In this document: one piece after another, positions 10,272-20,308 of the stretch
Layout: every line of letters starts with the position of its first letter
Position numbering within the stretch: position 1 is the first letter of the stretch
NCBI GenBank assembly: GCA_040904565.1
Contig: JBBDTI010000045.1
Location: 1 to 37,874, forward strand
Source of the DNA: Rhodothermales bacterium
Lineage (GTDB): Bacteria; Bacteroidota; Rhodothermia; Rhodothermales; VXPQ01
DNA: 37,874 nt
Direction: 5' to 3'
Notes under the pieces: model-generated
What the model saw: only the letters and a program-made list of their open reading frames with translations
Database searches by the model: none
Told to the model about the DNA's origin: nothing
Program-made: the position numbers and the translations under genes

Positions 10272-11825
10272 TTACATGTCGCCTGACTGGACAGGAATCG
10301 TGTCTACGCGTCGTGCCTGGTTGGCACCTTCCTTCTTCGTCGTGCCGGGCAGTACGCCGCGGCCTTCGGTCTGGAAGCGGCTGGCAGCCAGCCCGTTGTT
10401 GACGTAGTACTGCTCGGCAGCCCGTGCGCGATCCGCGGAGAGCTGCTGTGCATTGCGCTCACCCGGAGCGGCATAGCCGACGATCTGCCCCGAAAGGTTC
10501 GGGCACTGCTCGAAGATGTCGACGTTCTCGGCCAGTGCCGAACGGCCTTCACTCGTCAACGTGCTCGAGTTGCGGTCGAAGTACGCCGAGTTCATCTCCG
10601 TGATGTCGTAGCAGATCTGCGCGATGCACTGCTCTGCGACGATCGTGATGGATCGCGTATCGCTGCCGGCTGAGTTCGTGGCCGTCAGCGTGACGGTATA
10701 CGTTCCCGGCTCCGTGTACGTGTGAGAAGGATTCTCACCGGTGCCCGTCGATCCGTCACCGAAGTTCCAGCTGTACTCAACCGGCTCGTCACCGTCGACG
10801 TTTGACGTGAAGTCAATCTCGACCGGGCCGCAGACCTCAAAGCGTGTCTGGCTGGCTTCGATGCCTATAATGCTCGCCGGTACCGGCTCGCGGACCGTTA
10901 CGGAGCACGTAGACGTATCCGTCGCCCGGCCGTTGTTGGCCGTAGCGGTAACCGTATACGTACCGCCGGACGAATAGCTGTGCGAGGCCGTCATGCCCGT
11001 GGCCGTAGCTCCGTCACCGAAATCCCAGCTGATCGCGACCGGCTGGGTCGCATCTGCATTGACGGAGGCCGTAAATGTACCGGCTTCGCCGGTATCAAGC
11101 GTCGTCGAAGGGCAATCGAGCGACAGGATCTCAGCCGGCGTAAAGGCGCTCTTGAAGTTGAACTTCAATCCAAGCGTAAGCGAATTCATGATGTCGAACG
11201 GCAGAAAGCTGTCGCCCGTGATCGGCGTATCCTCGAACGTGTCGAAGCCATCATCAGCGAACGTCAGATTCGCCAGGTTTTCGACGACGAGGGACGTGCG
11301 ATCGCTCAGCACGATATCCAGACCCAATCCGAGAGCCGGTCCGAACGTCGTGCTCGTCTGGTCGTGCTGACCAACCGTTACGTGCGCGCCGGCGGCTACA
11401 AACGGTGCAACACGGGCCGGTGTGGCAAATCGAAACAGAAGCTGACCGCTGTGATAGAAACCTTCAGGATCGGACAGACCTGGGGGTACACCGTCACCGT
11501 AAAATCTGGCGAGCGGGTGGTTGTTGAACTGATATCCGAGGCTGATGCTCGAGCGCTGATTGTACTGATAGCCCAGTTCGATTCCGGCGGACAGCGGGGC
11601 CGGCGTATCGTCGACCTTCCAGTTGTCCATGTTGAAGTTGAAGGGTGACTGCTCCGTATCACCGAGGTGCCAGGCTACACCCACGCGAGGCTTCAGGAAG
11701 AAAGTCTCATCGGGACGCAGGTTCTGCGCGCTGGACTCCGGGATGAGTAGAAACGTGAAGACACCGACCAATAAGGCCGAGAAGATCTTCGTAAAAGATA
11801 AGTGTTTGTATGTCGTTGATAGCAT
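10272..11825 (-). CDS. outer-membrane protein: beta-barrel + 2 PKD domains + OmpA-like C-terminal domain
   Basis: Signal peptide ending SSA/Q; aromatic-rich barrel strands; two PKD repeats (WDFGDG/WNFGDG...HxY...GTYTVT); OmpA motifs YFDRNSSTL, QLSADRA and ARRVD. Alternative start at 11870. Confidence 0.88.
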   Translation of the reverse strand: MLSTTYKHLSFTKIFSALLVGVFTFLLIPESSAQNLRPDETFFLKPRVGVAWHLGDTEQSPFNFNMDNWKVDDTPAPLSAGIELGYQYNQRSSISLGYQFNNHPLARFYGDGVPPGLSDPEGFYHSGQLLFRFATPARVAPFVAAGAHVTVGQHDQTSTTFGPALGLGLDIVLSDRTSLVVENLANLTFADDGFDTFEDTPITGDSFLPFDIMNSLTLGLKFNFKSAFTPAEILSLDCPSTTLDTGEAGTFTASVNADATQPVAISWDFGDGATATGMTASHSYSSGGTYTVTATANNGRATDTSTCSVTVREPVPASIIGIEASQTRFEVCGPVEIDFTSNVDGDEPVEYSWNFGDGSTGTGENPSHTYTEPGTYTVTLTATNSAGSDTRSITIVAEQCIAQICYDITEMNSAYFDRNSSTLTSEGRSALAENVDIFEQCPNLSGQIVGYAAPGERNAQQLSADRARAAEQYYVNNGLAASRFQTEGRGVLPGTTKKEGANQARRVDTIPVQSGDM

Positions 11826-13073
11826 GGCGTATGGGTCTTTATAGTTTCGTGTAAAGGGTGAGGAACTCATATTTTTCTAAAAGGAGGCGGGGTGCCTAAA
11901 TATGGGTGACGTTTCTGGCTACTTGCAGGCACTGGTCTATTTCAAATGTGAAAATCGGATCGGGCTCATTTACTGGTAGTGAAGATATGTCCTCTCAGTA
12001 TCCAGCAACAATAAGAGGTGGCGCCATCCAATTACAAATTCCTTTCGATTCACGTCGTGTCTCCGATCGCTCGTCCGACAATCTTAGCTTCATTGCGCTC
12101 GTCTGATCAGGACGGTACGTAATCTACGCCACACGTAAAGCGCGTCATGTAACACACAACATTTGGTACGTTAATGTACCACATTCTGGGGGAACGAACA
12201 CGGCGTTCGATGTAAAGATCCCGAGCGAATAATCTCACGGTATGCAACCAGTCGGCGGTGCGTAACAGTTTATGTAGGCAAGCGTCGCAGTAGATCCAGG
12301 CCAAAAGCGACCGATTGATGCGTCTCCGAACGATTTTACTCCGGCCTGCGCAGCGTACTGCCTAGCTGCGGAGGCAATACCGGATACACTCGTACATCCC
12401 TTTGTACCTAAAAGAAGTATGGGAGAAACGGGACAACCCATGCTCGTAACCTCCGACACAATCAGTGTGTGCTCTTCCTTTAGAGGCGGCGAGAAAAGCA
12501 CGAAAACTTTGTCTCCGCTAATAGGATCGCGATCAACGTGATCACGCCGCTTATCAATCCGTTCAACCTATAAGCAGCCCCGGCGTGTTCCCCCCGAGTA
12601 CGTTGCTGCGTCTACAAAGCACTCTCAATTACACCTTTATTACGAGTCGATAGGCGGGAAATGGTGGGGCGAATGGCATGTCCCATATGATTCGCATATG
12701 CACATTGTGGGAAAGGGTATGCAGAGCGTGTTCGACGATGTGAAATGGCGTACGCCGTAGACGCGTGAGGAGGTGCTGTGCCGGTGGGAGAGATTAACGC
12801 GACAGAAGCAAATGGGGGAGGAGATTTCCGTATGGGAGGAGGCCGCCGCGTCGAACCGTGCACTTCGTTTCCATCGACGTGGGGATTCCCCAAGCAGGCC
12901 CGCGGCCTCTCCGCGAATTGCGGATGCGGTCCGTAAAGTATAGCACTCCGGCCGTGGGTGATTTGCACCGAAGCACGCCACTACCGTGGAGGGAACCCAC
13001 TGCCCGGGTACGATGAGGCGGGCGTCACCCCGGCGATCTAGCGCGCGAGCTATCCGGGGCGCAGCGCGAAACC

Positions 13074-13325
13074 TTACAATTCGTTTACGTGCTTTTCGAT
13101 CTGGCTCTTGTAGTTCGCCGCCTTATTCTTGTGGATGATGCCCTTAGATGCGAGGCGGTCGAGCGTCTTCTTGACCTTCGGAAGCAAGGCTTCCGCTTCC
13201 TTCTTGTCCGTGGATTCACGAATCTTCTTCACCAACGTCCGCATCCTGGTTTTCTGGAGCCTGTTGCGATCCCGCCGTTCGGCATCCTGACGGACGCGCT
13301 TTGCTGCTGACTTATTCTGGGGCAT
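13074..13325 (-). CDS. rpsT: 30S ribosomal protein S20
   Basis: MPQNKSAAKRVRQ...LDRLASKGIIHKNKAANYKS. Confidence 0.98.
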   Translation of the reverse strand: MPQNKSAAKRVRQDAERRDRNRLQKTRMRTLVKKIRESTDKKEAEALLPKVKKTLDRLASKGIIHKNKAANYKSQIEKHVNEL

Positions 13326-13505
13326 ATGTTTGTGTTGCGCGTGTTGTGCGTGTCGTTCCTCTGTGTGCCGCCGGCTCGATCGGTCTCGTATCCCGGTTTG
13401 GCCAGCCTTGCAAACTAGCCCTCTGTAAAAACACTTTCAAGCTGTCGGCGTACATTGGGTTCCGCTCCGAGCGTCGTGGATTCCCCAGATGAGCCGTTTT
13501 GTGCA

Positions 13506-14405
13506 ATGATTTCATTTTTGTCGGAGTTTACCAGGGATGTCGACTCTCCGTCGACGTTCATTGTTATGGATGCCGACGGGTTGGATCAGCCGAGGCATTA
13601 TAAGGTCGTTCCCCGAAATGTCCTGTTCCTGATTGCTGGTGCAGTCTCGGCGCTTTCTGTCATCCTGCTGGCGATCGTCGCGTTGACGCCGGTTAAGGAG
13701 CTTATTCCGGGGTACGGATCCGCGGAAATGCGCCAGGACGTCCGGTACAACGAGCTGCGCGTCACCGCCCTTCTGGATTCGCTCGAATCGCAGCAGGAAT
13801 ATATGGGGCACCTGCGTCAGCTCATGCTCGGCGAGGTCGATGCGGACGCGGCCGGTGCCGCCCCCGCAGAATCCGGTGGCGCGCCGGACGCTGCCGGAAC
13901 GACGGTCCAGGTGGAGCCGCCGACGAACTGGTCGGATCATCAACAGCCGGCAATGTCTGTCGATCGTCTGGTGGCCAGGGGACCTGAAACCATGCGGTTG
14001 GCTAACGCCGCGTCGGTATATCTGCCGGGTGTGGCGCTGCCGGCACTGCCACCCGTTGACGGCTTCGTAACGAGCGGCTTCGATGCCCGGTCCGGGCATT
14101 ATGCGATCGACATCGCCGTCGAGGCGGGTACGACCGTGCGCGCGATCGGCGACGGGTACGTGGTGATGGCAGACTGGACGCAGGATGGAGGGTACGCTCT
14201 AGCCGTTCAGCACGCGGGAGGCTATCTGTCCGTTTACAAACACAATCAACGGCTCTTGAAACGGACCGGTGACCGCGTCAGCTCACGAGAGCCGATCGCC
14301 GAGAGCGGAAATTCCGGCGAGATTACCACGGGGCCGCATCTGCACTTCGAGCTGTGGCACAATGGCCTGGCGCAGGATCCCGCGGCCTTTCTGGTTAATC
14401 TTTAA
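13506..14405 (+). CDS. M23 family metallopeptidase, membrane-anchored
   Basis: TM helix plus coiled coil; HYAIDI (HxxxD), YKHN and TGPHLHFE (HxH). Confidence 0.93.
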   Translation: MISFLSEFTRDVDSPSTFIVMDADGLDQPRHYKVVPRNVLFLIAGAVSALSVILLAIVALTPVKELIPGYGSAEMRQDVRYNELRVTALLDSLESQQEYMGHLRQLMLGEVDADAAGAAPAESGGAPDAAGTTVQVEPPTNWSDHQQPAMSVDRLVARGPETMRLANAASVYLPGVALPALPPVDGFVTSGFDARSGHYAIDIAVEAGTTVRAIGDGYVVMADWTQDGGYALAVQHAGGYLSVYKHNQRLLKRTGDRVSSREPIAESGNSGEITTGPHLHFELWHNGLAQDPAAFLVNL

Positions 14406-14505
14406 AGGGCTGTTGATACATTATGCAGCTCATCGTTGCACGTCGCACCGATCACCGCGGCGTATGCGAACCCGATGCCCCGCATAAGCAAGACCGAAGG
14501 TGAAA

Positions 14506-14967
14506 ATGACACTTTTTGGACGTAACGAGGACGCATCCATGACGAAGCAATCCAGCGCCGCGGCTCCGAATCAGATCAATATGATCGGTGAAGGGACCAC
14601 CTTCGACGGCACGATCACTGCGGAAAGCGATATCCGGATCAGCGGGCGCGTGATGGGAAAGATCGATATATCCGGCAAGGTGATCGTCGCCCAGGAGGGG
14701 GTCATCGAGGGCGAGGTCAGGGCATCCAACCTGGATGTGGCCGGACGCATCGAGGGGACGATCGAGGTGTCCGAGCGCGTAGTACTGAAAAGTTCGGCAG
14801 AGATCGAGGGCGACATACGAACCGCACGGCTGGTCATTGAGGAAGGTGCCGTGTTCGACGGACGCTGCCAGATGGGAAGTCGATCGATGGGGTCGGATGA
14901 AATACTTTCTGCGGATCGTCGGAAGGCGCAGTCTACCGAGGACACCGTTTCTGATAAGGCTACGTGA
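14506..14967 (+). CDS. bactofilin (polymer-forming cytoskeletal protein)
   Basis: IGEGTTFDGTI...IRISGRVMGKI...IEGDIRTARLVIEEGAVFDGRCQM beta-helix repeats. Confidence 0.93.
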   Translation: MTLFGRNEDASMTKQSSAAAPNQINMIGEGTTFDGTITAESDIRISGRVMGKIDISGKVIVAQEGVIEGEVRASNLDVAGRIEGTIEVSERVVLKSSAEIEGDIRTARLVIEEGAVFDGRCQMGSRSMGSDEILSADRRKAQSTEDTVSDKAT

Positions 14968-15287
14968 GCCAGATGGGTGACGACGCAGGTGATACGGGGC
15001 CGTACAGTCAAGGACGGCACAGTAAAGGGCCCCAGAGTAAAGGGCGGCAGGACGAGGAGCGGCAGAGCGCCTTGAAAGAGGCCGGTCCGTATCTGACGCT
15101 GGGCCTGGAGCTCGGGTTTACGATGATCGTCTGGTCCGGTATCGGCTACGTGTTGGATATCTGGCTCGAAACGTTGCCCTGGTGTACCCTCGCGGGGGTC
15201 TTCGTCGGTATGTTTTCCCTTTTTAGGCAGCTGCTTCGTGCGGCTCGTAAGAGTGATGAGGCGTCGAAACGGCGTCGGGCCGAGTGA
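14964..15287 (+). CDS. AtpZ/AtpI-family small membrane protein
   Basis: Two TM helices with 'IGYVLDIWLETLPW...G...G'; GTGA overlap with the bactofilin gene; located upstream of the atp genes. Confidence 0.85.
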   Translation: MSQMGDDAGDTGPYSQGRHSKGPQSKGRQDEERQSALKEAGPYLTLGLELGFTMIVWSGIGYVLDIWLETLPWCTLAGVFVGMFSLFRQLLRAARKSDEASKRRRAE

Positions 15288-15474
15288 GGGCGCGGACGTC
15301 GAGGCATCGGGAGAGCGGATCTCACACCTCTGAGGCGCACAATTCTTTCAATTTGAATTCACTGCATATTGGCGTTACCCGCGAGTCTTTGTGTTTAGCT
15401 TTGCGTTTCTAACGCCGCATGTGAAGAAGCGTGCTAAACTCGTCAAGTAGACCGGCTGATTTTGTTAGCAACGT

Positions 15475-15783
15475 ATGCCAGGTAGCGGTCTGTGGCTGGG
15501 AATAGCATTAGGAATAGGGCTCGGCTTTCTGTACCTCGTGGCCAGCTACTTCTCGAACAGACGTGCGCTGCGTAGCGGGCGAAATGCGCTGCTGATCGTC
15601 GTTTCGGCGATGATGTTGCGTATCGTTGTTGCTCTGGCGGCGCTGGTAGCTGTGATGTTGCTGCTTCCCGTAGCGCCAACGGCGTTTCTGGGAAGTTTTT
15701 TTGTGATGTTTATCGTCGGGCTCGTTCTCGAGGTGTGGGTTTTTCATTCCCGCGAGGCCGCCGACACCCCACCTGTGGTGTGA
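15475..15783 (+). CDS. ATP synthase I-like membrane protein
   Basis: Hydrophobic 3-4 TM protein with 'MMLRI' directly before atpB. Confidence 0.7.
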   Translation: MPGSGLWLGIALGIGLGFLYLVASYFSNRRALRSGRNALLIVVSAMMLRIVVALAALVAVMLLLPVAPTAFLGSFFVMFIVGLVLEVWVFHSREAADTPPVV

Positions 15784-15826
15784 TGTTCGATACGTACAAC
15801 CTTGATTCGTACAAATTATTGCTGTC

Positions 15827-17041
15827 GTGAACGTTAGAACGATTCGCCGCTCCTTTCTGGCCCTGTTGTTGATCGGGTGCGGTGTATTTTTCACGCATCC
15901 GGCCCACGCCGCCGCTGATGGAGACGAACTGGACACGGTCGGACACACGGCAGACGGTGTCTATCTCGATTTTGCACCGTTTGGTTCGGTCGAGCTACCG
16001 CGCATTTTTCTGGTAGAGCGACAGTCGGGCGGATGGGGCATCGACGCGTTCGGTTCCACGAAGGCCGCACTGCATTCGGGAGCGTATGTGCTCGAGCATG
16101 AAGGCGAGGACGGGCATGTCGAGACGGTTCGTGACGAAGAGGCGCTCACCGAGATGATCGCGCACCACGAACATCTTTACAGCGATCTTAGGCCGGCGTC
16201 CGGTAGCATCGTGATCGACTTTTCCATTACCCGCCATCTCGTATTCGGCCTTCTTGCGGCCCTCATCACGCTGTTTGTTTTCGTCAAGCTCGCTCGGCAG
16301 TATCGGGACGGTCAGGGCAGAGATTCGGCACCACGCGGCATCTATCAGAACATGTTCGAATCCGCCGTCGTGTTCGTCCGCGACGAGATTGCCCGTCCGA
16401 ACATCAGGCACAAGCACGAGACATTTCTACCGTTTCTGCTGACGGCGTTTTTCTTCATTCTGTTCAGCAATATTCTGGGACTCGTGCCCTTCGCCGGCGC
16501 GGCGACGTCGAATATCTCCATCACGCTGGTACTGGCCGCCTTTACCTTCGTCCTGGGGCAAGTGCATGCCTCGAAGGATCATTGGAGACATATCTTCTGG
16601 CCCCCGGGCGTACCGTTCCTGATCAAATTTATCCTGATCCCGGTCGAATTCGTCGGCCTGTTCACGAAGCACGCAGCGCTTGCGATACGACTTTTCGCGA
16701 ACATGATGGCGGGTTCACTCGTGATCCTGAGCCTGATCGGGCTCATCTTTACTATCAACATGCTTTTCGGCGGAGCCGTCGCTTCGTCGATCGCACCGAT
16801 AAGCGTTGCATTGACGCTTTTTATATCGTGTGTCAAATTGCTCGTCGCCTTTATTCAGGCGTATGTCTTCACCATGTTGTCCGCGCTGTTTATCGGCATG
16901 GCCGTGGAGGAGCATCACGAGCATGAAGGGCCTACTCCGGCCGACGACGAACCGTATCACGACCTCACGCCGACGTTTTCGGATGACGGAGACGTCGCGG
17001 CGGCAACGACGGTCAGTCGAGAGGCGGTGCCCGTCGGATAG
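15827..17041 (+). CDS. atpB: F0F1 ATP synthase subunit a, with N-terminal extension
   Basis: ALAIRLFANMMAG (essential Arg), NILGLVP and VAFIQAYVFTMLS. Confidence 0.96.
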   Translation: MNVRTIRRSFLALLLIGCGVFFTHPAHAAADGDELDTVGHTADGVYLDFAPFGSVELPRIFLVERQSGGWGIDAFGSTKAALHSGAYVLEHEGEDGHVETVRDEEALTEMIAHHEHLYSDLRPASGSIVIDFSITRHLVFGLLAALITLFVFVKLARQYRDGQGRDSAPRGIYQNMFESAVVFVRDEIARPNIRHKHETFLPFLLTAFFFILFSNILGLVPFAGAATSNISITLVLAAFTFVLGQVHASKDHWRHIFWPPGVPFLIKFILIPVEFVGLFTKHAALAIRLFANMMAGSLVILSLIGLIFTINMLFGGAVASSIAPISVALTLFISCVKLLVAFIQAYVFTMLSALFIGMAVEEHHEHEGPTPADDEPYHDLTPTFSDDGDVAAATTVSREAVPVG

Positions 17042-17108
17042 GGAAATACCTTATCGCATAAACTATCACGCACTCGAATCCTCGAGATAAAAAACAGGGA
17101 GAACCACA

Positions 17109-17336
17109 ATGGAGGCAACTGCACTAGCTTGGTTGGGTGCCGGACTTGGAGCCGGACTCGTGGCACTTGGAGCCGGACTCGGAATCGGACGACTCGCCGG
17201 ACCGGCGATGGAAGGATCCGCCCGTCAGCCTGAAGCGGCCGGCGATATCCGAACGTCGATGATTATCGCTGCCGCTCTTATCGAGGGCGTAGCGCTGTTC
17301 GGACTCGCCATCTGCATTCTGCTCGCTCTTAAGTAA
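17109..17336 (+). CDS. atpE: F0F1 ATP synthase subunit c
   Basis: GAGLGIG, ARQPEA loop and AALIEGVALF. Confidence 0.98.
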   Translation: MEATALAWLGAGLGAGLVALGAGLGIGRLAGPAMEGSARQPEAAGDIRTSMIIAAALIEGVALFGLAICILLALK

Positions 17337-17450
17337 TCGTTTACGGCGAGCAGGCGCTCGCGCGTCCAGCCGGTCTGACGTGACGTATTCGATTCGTCGC
17401 CCGGCCGCGCCGCGCGTTCGCGTTGCAGCCTAGCTAACATCGATTCGACT

Positions 17451-17960
17451 ATGGAATTCATTCTCGCCCAAAGTCTGCTGGAGCCGAACACGGGGCTGAT
17501 CTTTTACAAGACCCTCGTTTTCGGTCTTCTGTTGCTCTTGCTGTACAGGTACGCCTGGAAGCCGATTACGAGCGCATTGAGCGAACGTGAGGAAACGATC
17601 GATTCGTCCATCAAGCGGGCCGAGCGCGCGCTTGCGGAGGCCCGGCAGATTCAGTCGCAGAACGAAAAGGATCGCAGGGAGGCGGAGCAGGAAGCGCAAC
17701 GCCTCATCCGGGAGGCCCGCGAAGCGGCCGACCGAGCCCGGTCCGAAGAGATCGAGAAGACGCGCGCCGACATTCGGCGTATGAAGGAGCAGGCCGAAAA
17801 GGAGATCGAACGGGAGAAGCAGAGTGCGCTGAACGAGTTGCGCGACGAGGTCGCAGCGCTCGCGATCCAGGCTGCCGAAAAAATCCTGCAAGAGAACCTT
17901 GACGCCGGTCGACAGCGCAGGCTCGTAGACCGGTTTATCGATAGTCTTCCCAAAAACTGA
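17451..17960 (+). CDS. atpF: F0F1 ATP synthase subunit b
   Basis: N-terminal TM, AWKPI..AL.ERE motif and a long coiled coil. Confidence 0.96.
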   Translation: MEFILAQSLLEPNTGLIFYKTLVFGLLLLLLYRYAWKPITSALSEREETIDSSIKRAERALAEARQIQSQNEKDRREAEQEAQRLIREAREAADRARSEEIEKTRADIRRMKEQAEKEIEREKQSALNELRDEVAALAIQAAEKILQENLDAGRQRRLVDRFIDSLPKN

Positions 17961-18041
17961 GTTGACGGATGTCGACCGGCCGGCGTGAGTGCCGACCGGC
18001 CCCGTATCGTCCGTCCGACATCATTCGCACGCCAAAAAACC

Positions 18042-18587
18042 ATGGTCGTAGCCCGCAGATACGCTCGAGCCCTTTACGAGGAAGCTGAACGTACCTCGAA
18101 GACGGATGCCGTCGACGAAGATATCGAGCTGATCGTGACGAGTCTGGAAGACTCGGGCGAGCTCGTTCGGTTTTTCAACAGTCCCGTTATCTCGAGGGAG
18201 AAGAAGCAGGACGTCGTGCGCGCGCTGTTTTCGACGCATATCGACGGTCTGACGCTGAAATTTCTCGAGATGCTCGTTCAGAAGCAGCGAGAGGATGTCT
18301 TTTTGGAGATCGCTTCTTCCTATCGGAATCTGCGCAACGAACAACGCGGCATTATCGAGGCCACCGCCCGTACGGCCGCAACGTTCAGCGACGAGGAGCG
18401 CGATCATCTCGCCGCGTCACTGAGCCGGCTGACGGGCAAACAGGTGCGTCTTCAGGTCGAAACAGACACCGGTCTTATCGGCGGCCTCGTCGTCCGCCTC
18501 GGCGATACCGTCTTCAACGGAAGCGTGCTGCATCAACTCGAAATGCTGCAGGACCGCCTGCAGGTCGATACAATATCATTGAACTAG
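18042..18587 (+). CDS. atpH: F1 ATP synthase subunit delta
   Basis: VARRYARALY...LIGGLVVRLGDTVFNGSV. Confidence 0.96.
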   Translation: MVVARRYARALYEEAERTSKTDAVDEDIELIVTSLEDSGELVRFFNSPVISREKKQDVVRALFSTHIDGLTLKFLEMLVQKQREDVFLEIASSYRNLRNEQRGIIEATARTAATFSDEERDHLAASLSRLTGKQVRLQVETDTGLIGGLVVRLGDTVFNGSVLHQLEMLQDRLQVDTISLN

Positions 18588-18658
18588 GTCCGCCGCGGCA
18601 GCGCCCTGTTCGGGCGGCATGGCGTGACGACCGACCAGAAACTAGCTATTGAAGCGTT

Positions 18659-20248
18659 ATGGCAACCTCGATTCGACCAGACGAAGTAACCGCGGTACTG
18701 AAGCGCGAGCTTGGAGGCTTCGAAGCGGAGACCGATGTGTATGAAGTCGGTACCGTCCTCCAGGTCGGTGACGGCATCGCCCGGCTCTACGGGCTCTCAG
18801 AGGTCCAGGCCGGCGAGCTGATCGCGTTTCCGGACAGCGGTGCGTCCGGGATGGTGCTCAATCTCGAAGAGGACAACGTCGGCGTTGTGCTGTTTGGTAA
18901 CGTCGACGCGGTAAAGGAAGGGGATGAGGCACGGCGGACGAAGCGCATCGCGTCGATCGAGGTTTCGGAGTCCATGCTGGGTCGCGTGATCGATCCGCTC
19001 GGTGTGCCGGTAGACGGACTCGGGCCGCTCACCGGCGAGACATACGAGATGCCTCTCGAACGAAAGGCGCCGGGCGTCATCTATCGCGAGCCGGTCAGCG
19101 AGCCGCTTCAGACGGGTATTAAGGCTATCGACTCGATGATCCCAATCGGTCGAGGCCAGCGCGAGCTCGTCATCGGCGATCGCCAGACGGGGAAGACGGC
19201 CGTGCTCACCGACACGATCATCAACCAGAAATCTACGCACGAGACGGACAAGCCGGTGTACTGCGTCTACGTGGCGGTCGGGCAGAAGGCCTCGACGGTT
19301 GCGCAGGTGAAGCGGTCGTTGGAAGAGAACGGTGCCATGGACTACACCGTGATCGTCAATGCGCCGGCTTCGACGCCTGCGCCGCTGCAGTTTATCGCTC
19401 CGTTTGCCGGTGCGTGCATCGGCGAGTACTTCCGCGACACGGGCCGGCATGCGCTCGTGGTGTTCGACGACCTGTCGAAACAGGCAGTAGCCTATCGCGA
19501 GGTGTCGTTGCTTCTTCGGCGCCCACCCGGGCGCGAGGCCTATCCGGGTGATGTCTTTTACCTCCACAGCCGCCTCCTCGAACGGGCCGCTAAGATCAAC
19601 AACACGGAGGCCGTCGCCAAACAGATGAACGACGTGCCTGAATCGCTAAAAGACAAACTTAAGGGAGGCGGATCGCTGACGGCCTTGCCGGTCATCGAGA
19701 CGCAGGCGGGCGACGTGTCCGCCTACATTCCGACTAACGTGATATCGATCACGGACGGACAGATTTATCTCGAGGCCGATCTGTTCAATGCCGGCGTGCG
19801 TCCCGCCATTAACGTGGGTATCTCGGTATCCCGGGTGGGCGGCGCCGCCCAGATCAAGGCGATGAAGAAAGTGGCCGGTACGCTCCGGATAGACCTCGCG
19901 CAGTATCGGGAGCTGGCCGCGTTCTCGAAGTTTGGATCGGACCTCGATCCTGCTACCCAGCGGCAGCTCCGGCGGGGCGAGCGTCTCGTAGAGATCTTGA
20001 AGCAGGGGGAATTCGAGCCGGTGCCCGTCGAGGAACAGGTCGCGATCGTTTTTGCGGCGACGGAGGGTCTTCTCGATCAGGTGCCGGTCGAAAAGATCCG
20101 CGAGTTTGAGCAGCAGTATATGGAACGGTTGCGGATGCAGCATCAGAATCTGCTGGATGAGATCCGGGACGAGGGCGTACTGACGGACGGCCACCGCGAC
20201 GCGCTTGCGAAGGTTGCGAATGATCTGTCTACCATCTACCAGGATTAG
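18659..20248 (+). CDS. atpA: F1 ATP synthase subunit alpha
   Basis: GDRQTGKT P-loop, [21 protein letters not shown] and [13 protein letters not shown]. Confidence 0.99.
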   Translation: MATSIRPDEVTAVLKRELGGFEAETDVYEVGTVLQVGDGIARLYGLSEVQAGELIAFPDSGASGMVLNLEEDNVGVVLFGNVDAVKEGDEARRTKRIASIEVSESMLGRVIDPLGVPVDGLGPLTGETYEMPLERKAPGVIYREPVSEPLQTGIKAIDSMIPIGRGQRELVIGDRQTGKTAVLTDTIINQKSTHETDKPVYCVYVAVGQKASTVAQVKRSLEENGAMDYTVIVNAPASTPAPLQFIAPFAGACIGEYFRDTGRHALVVFDDLSKQAVAYREVSLLLRRPPGREAYPGDVFYLHSRLLERAAKINNTEAVAKQMNDVPESLKDKLKGGGSLTALPVIETQAGDVSAYIPTNVISITDGQIYLEADLFNAGVRPAINVGISVSRVGGAAQIKAMKKVAGTLRIDLAQYRELAAFSKFGSDLDPATQRQLRRGERLVEILKQGEFEPVPVEEQVAIVFAATEGLLDQVPVEKIREFEQQYMERLRMQHQNLLDEIRDEGVLTDGHRDALAKVANDLSTIYQD

Positions 20249-20308
20249 CGCAACTCCGGCGGAAGACCGGAGAAACAGAACCGTTTAGGCTGAGATCTAA
20301 CGAGCGAG

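Noticed and set aside
15006-15050. Imperfect 15-bp repeats (SQGRH/SKGPQ/SKGRQ) in the atpZ-like N-terminus
   Set aside because: A short low-complexity expansion in a probably disordered tail, with no evidence of function.
17136-17183. Direct repeats CTTGGAGCCGGACTCG in atpE
   Set aside because: They encode the normal glycine-zipper motif of subunit c.
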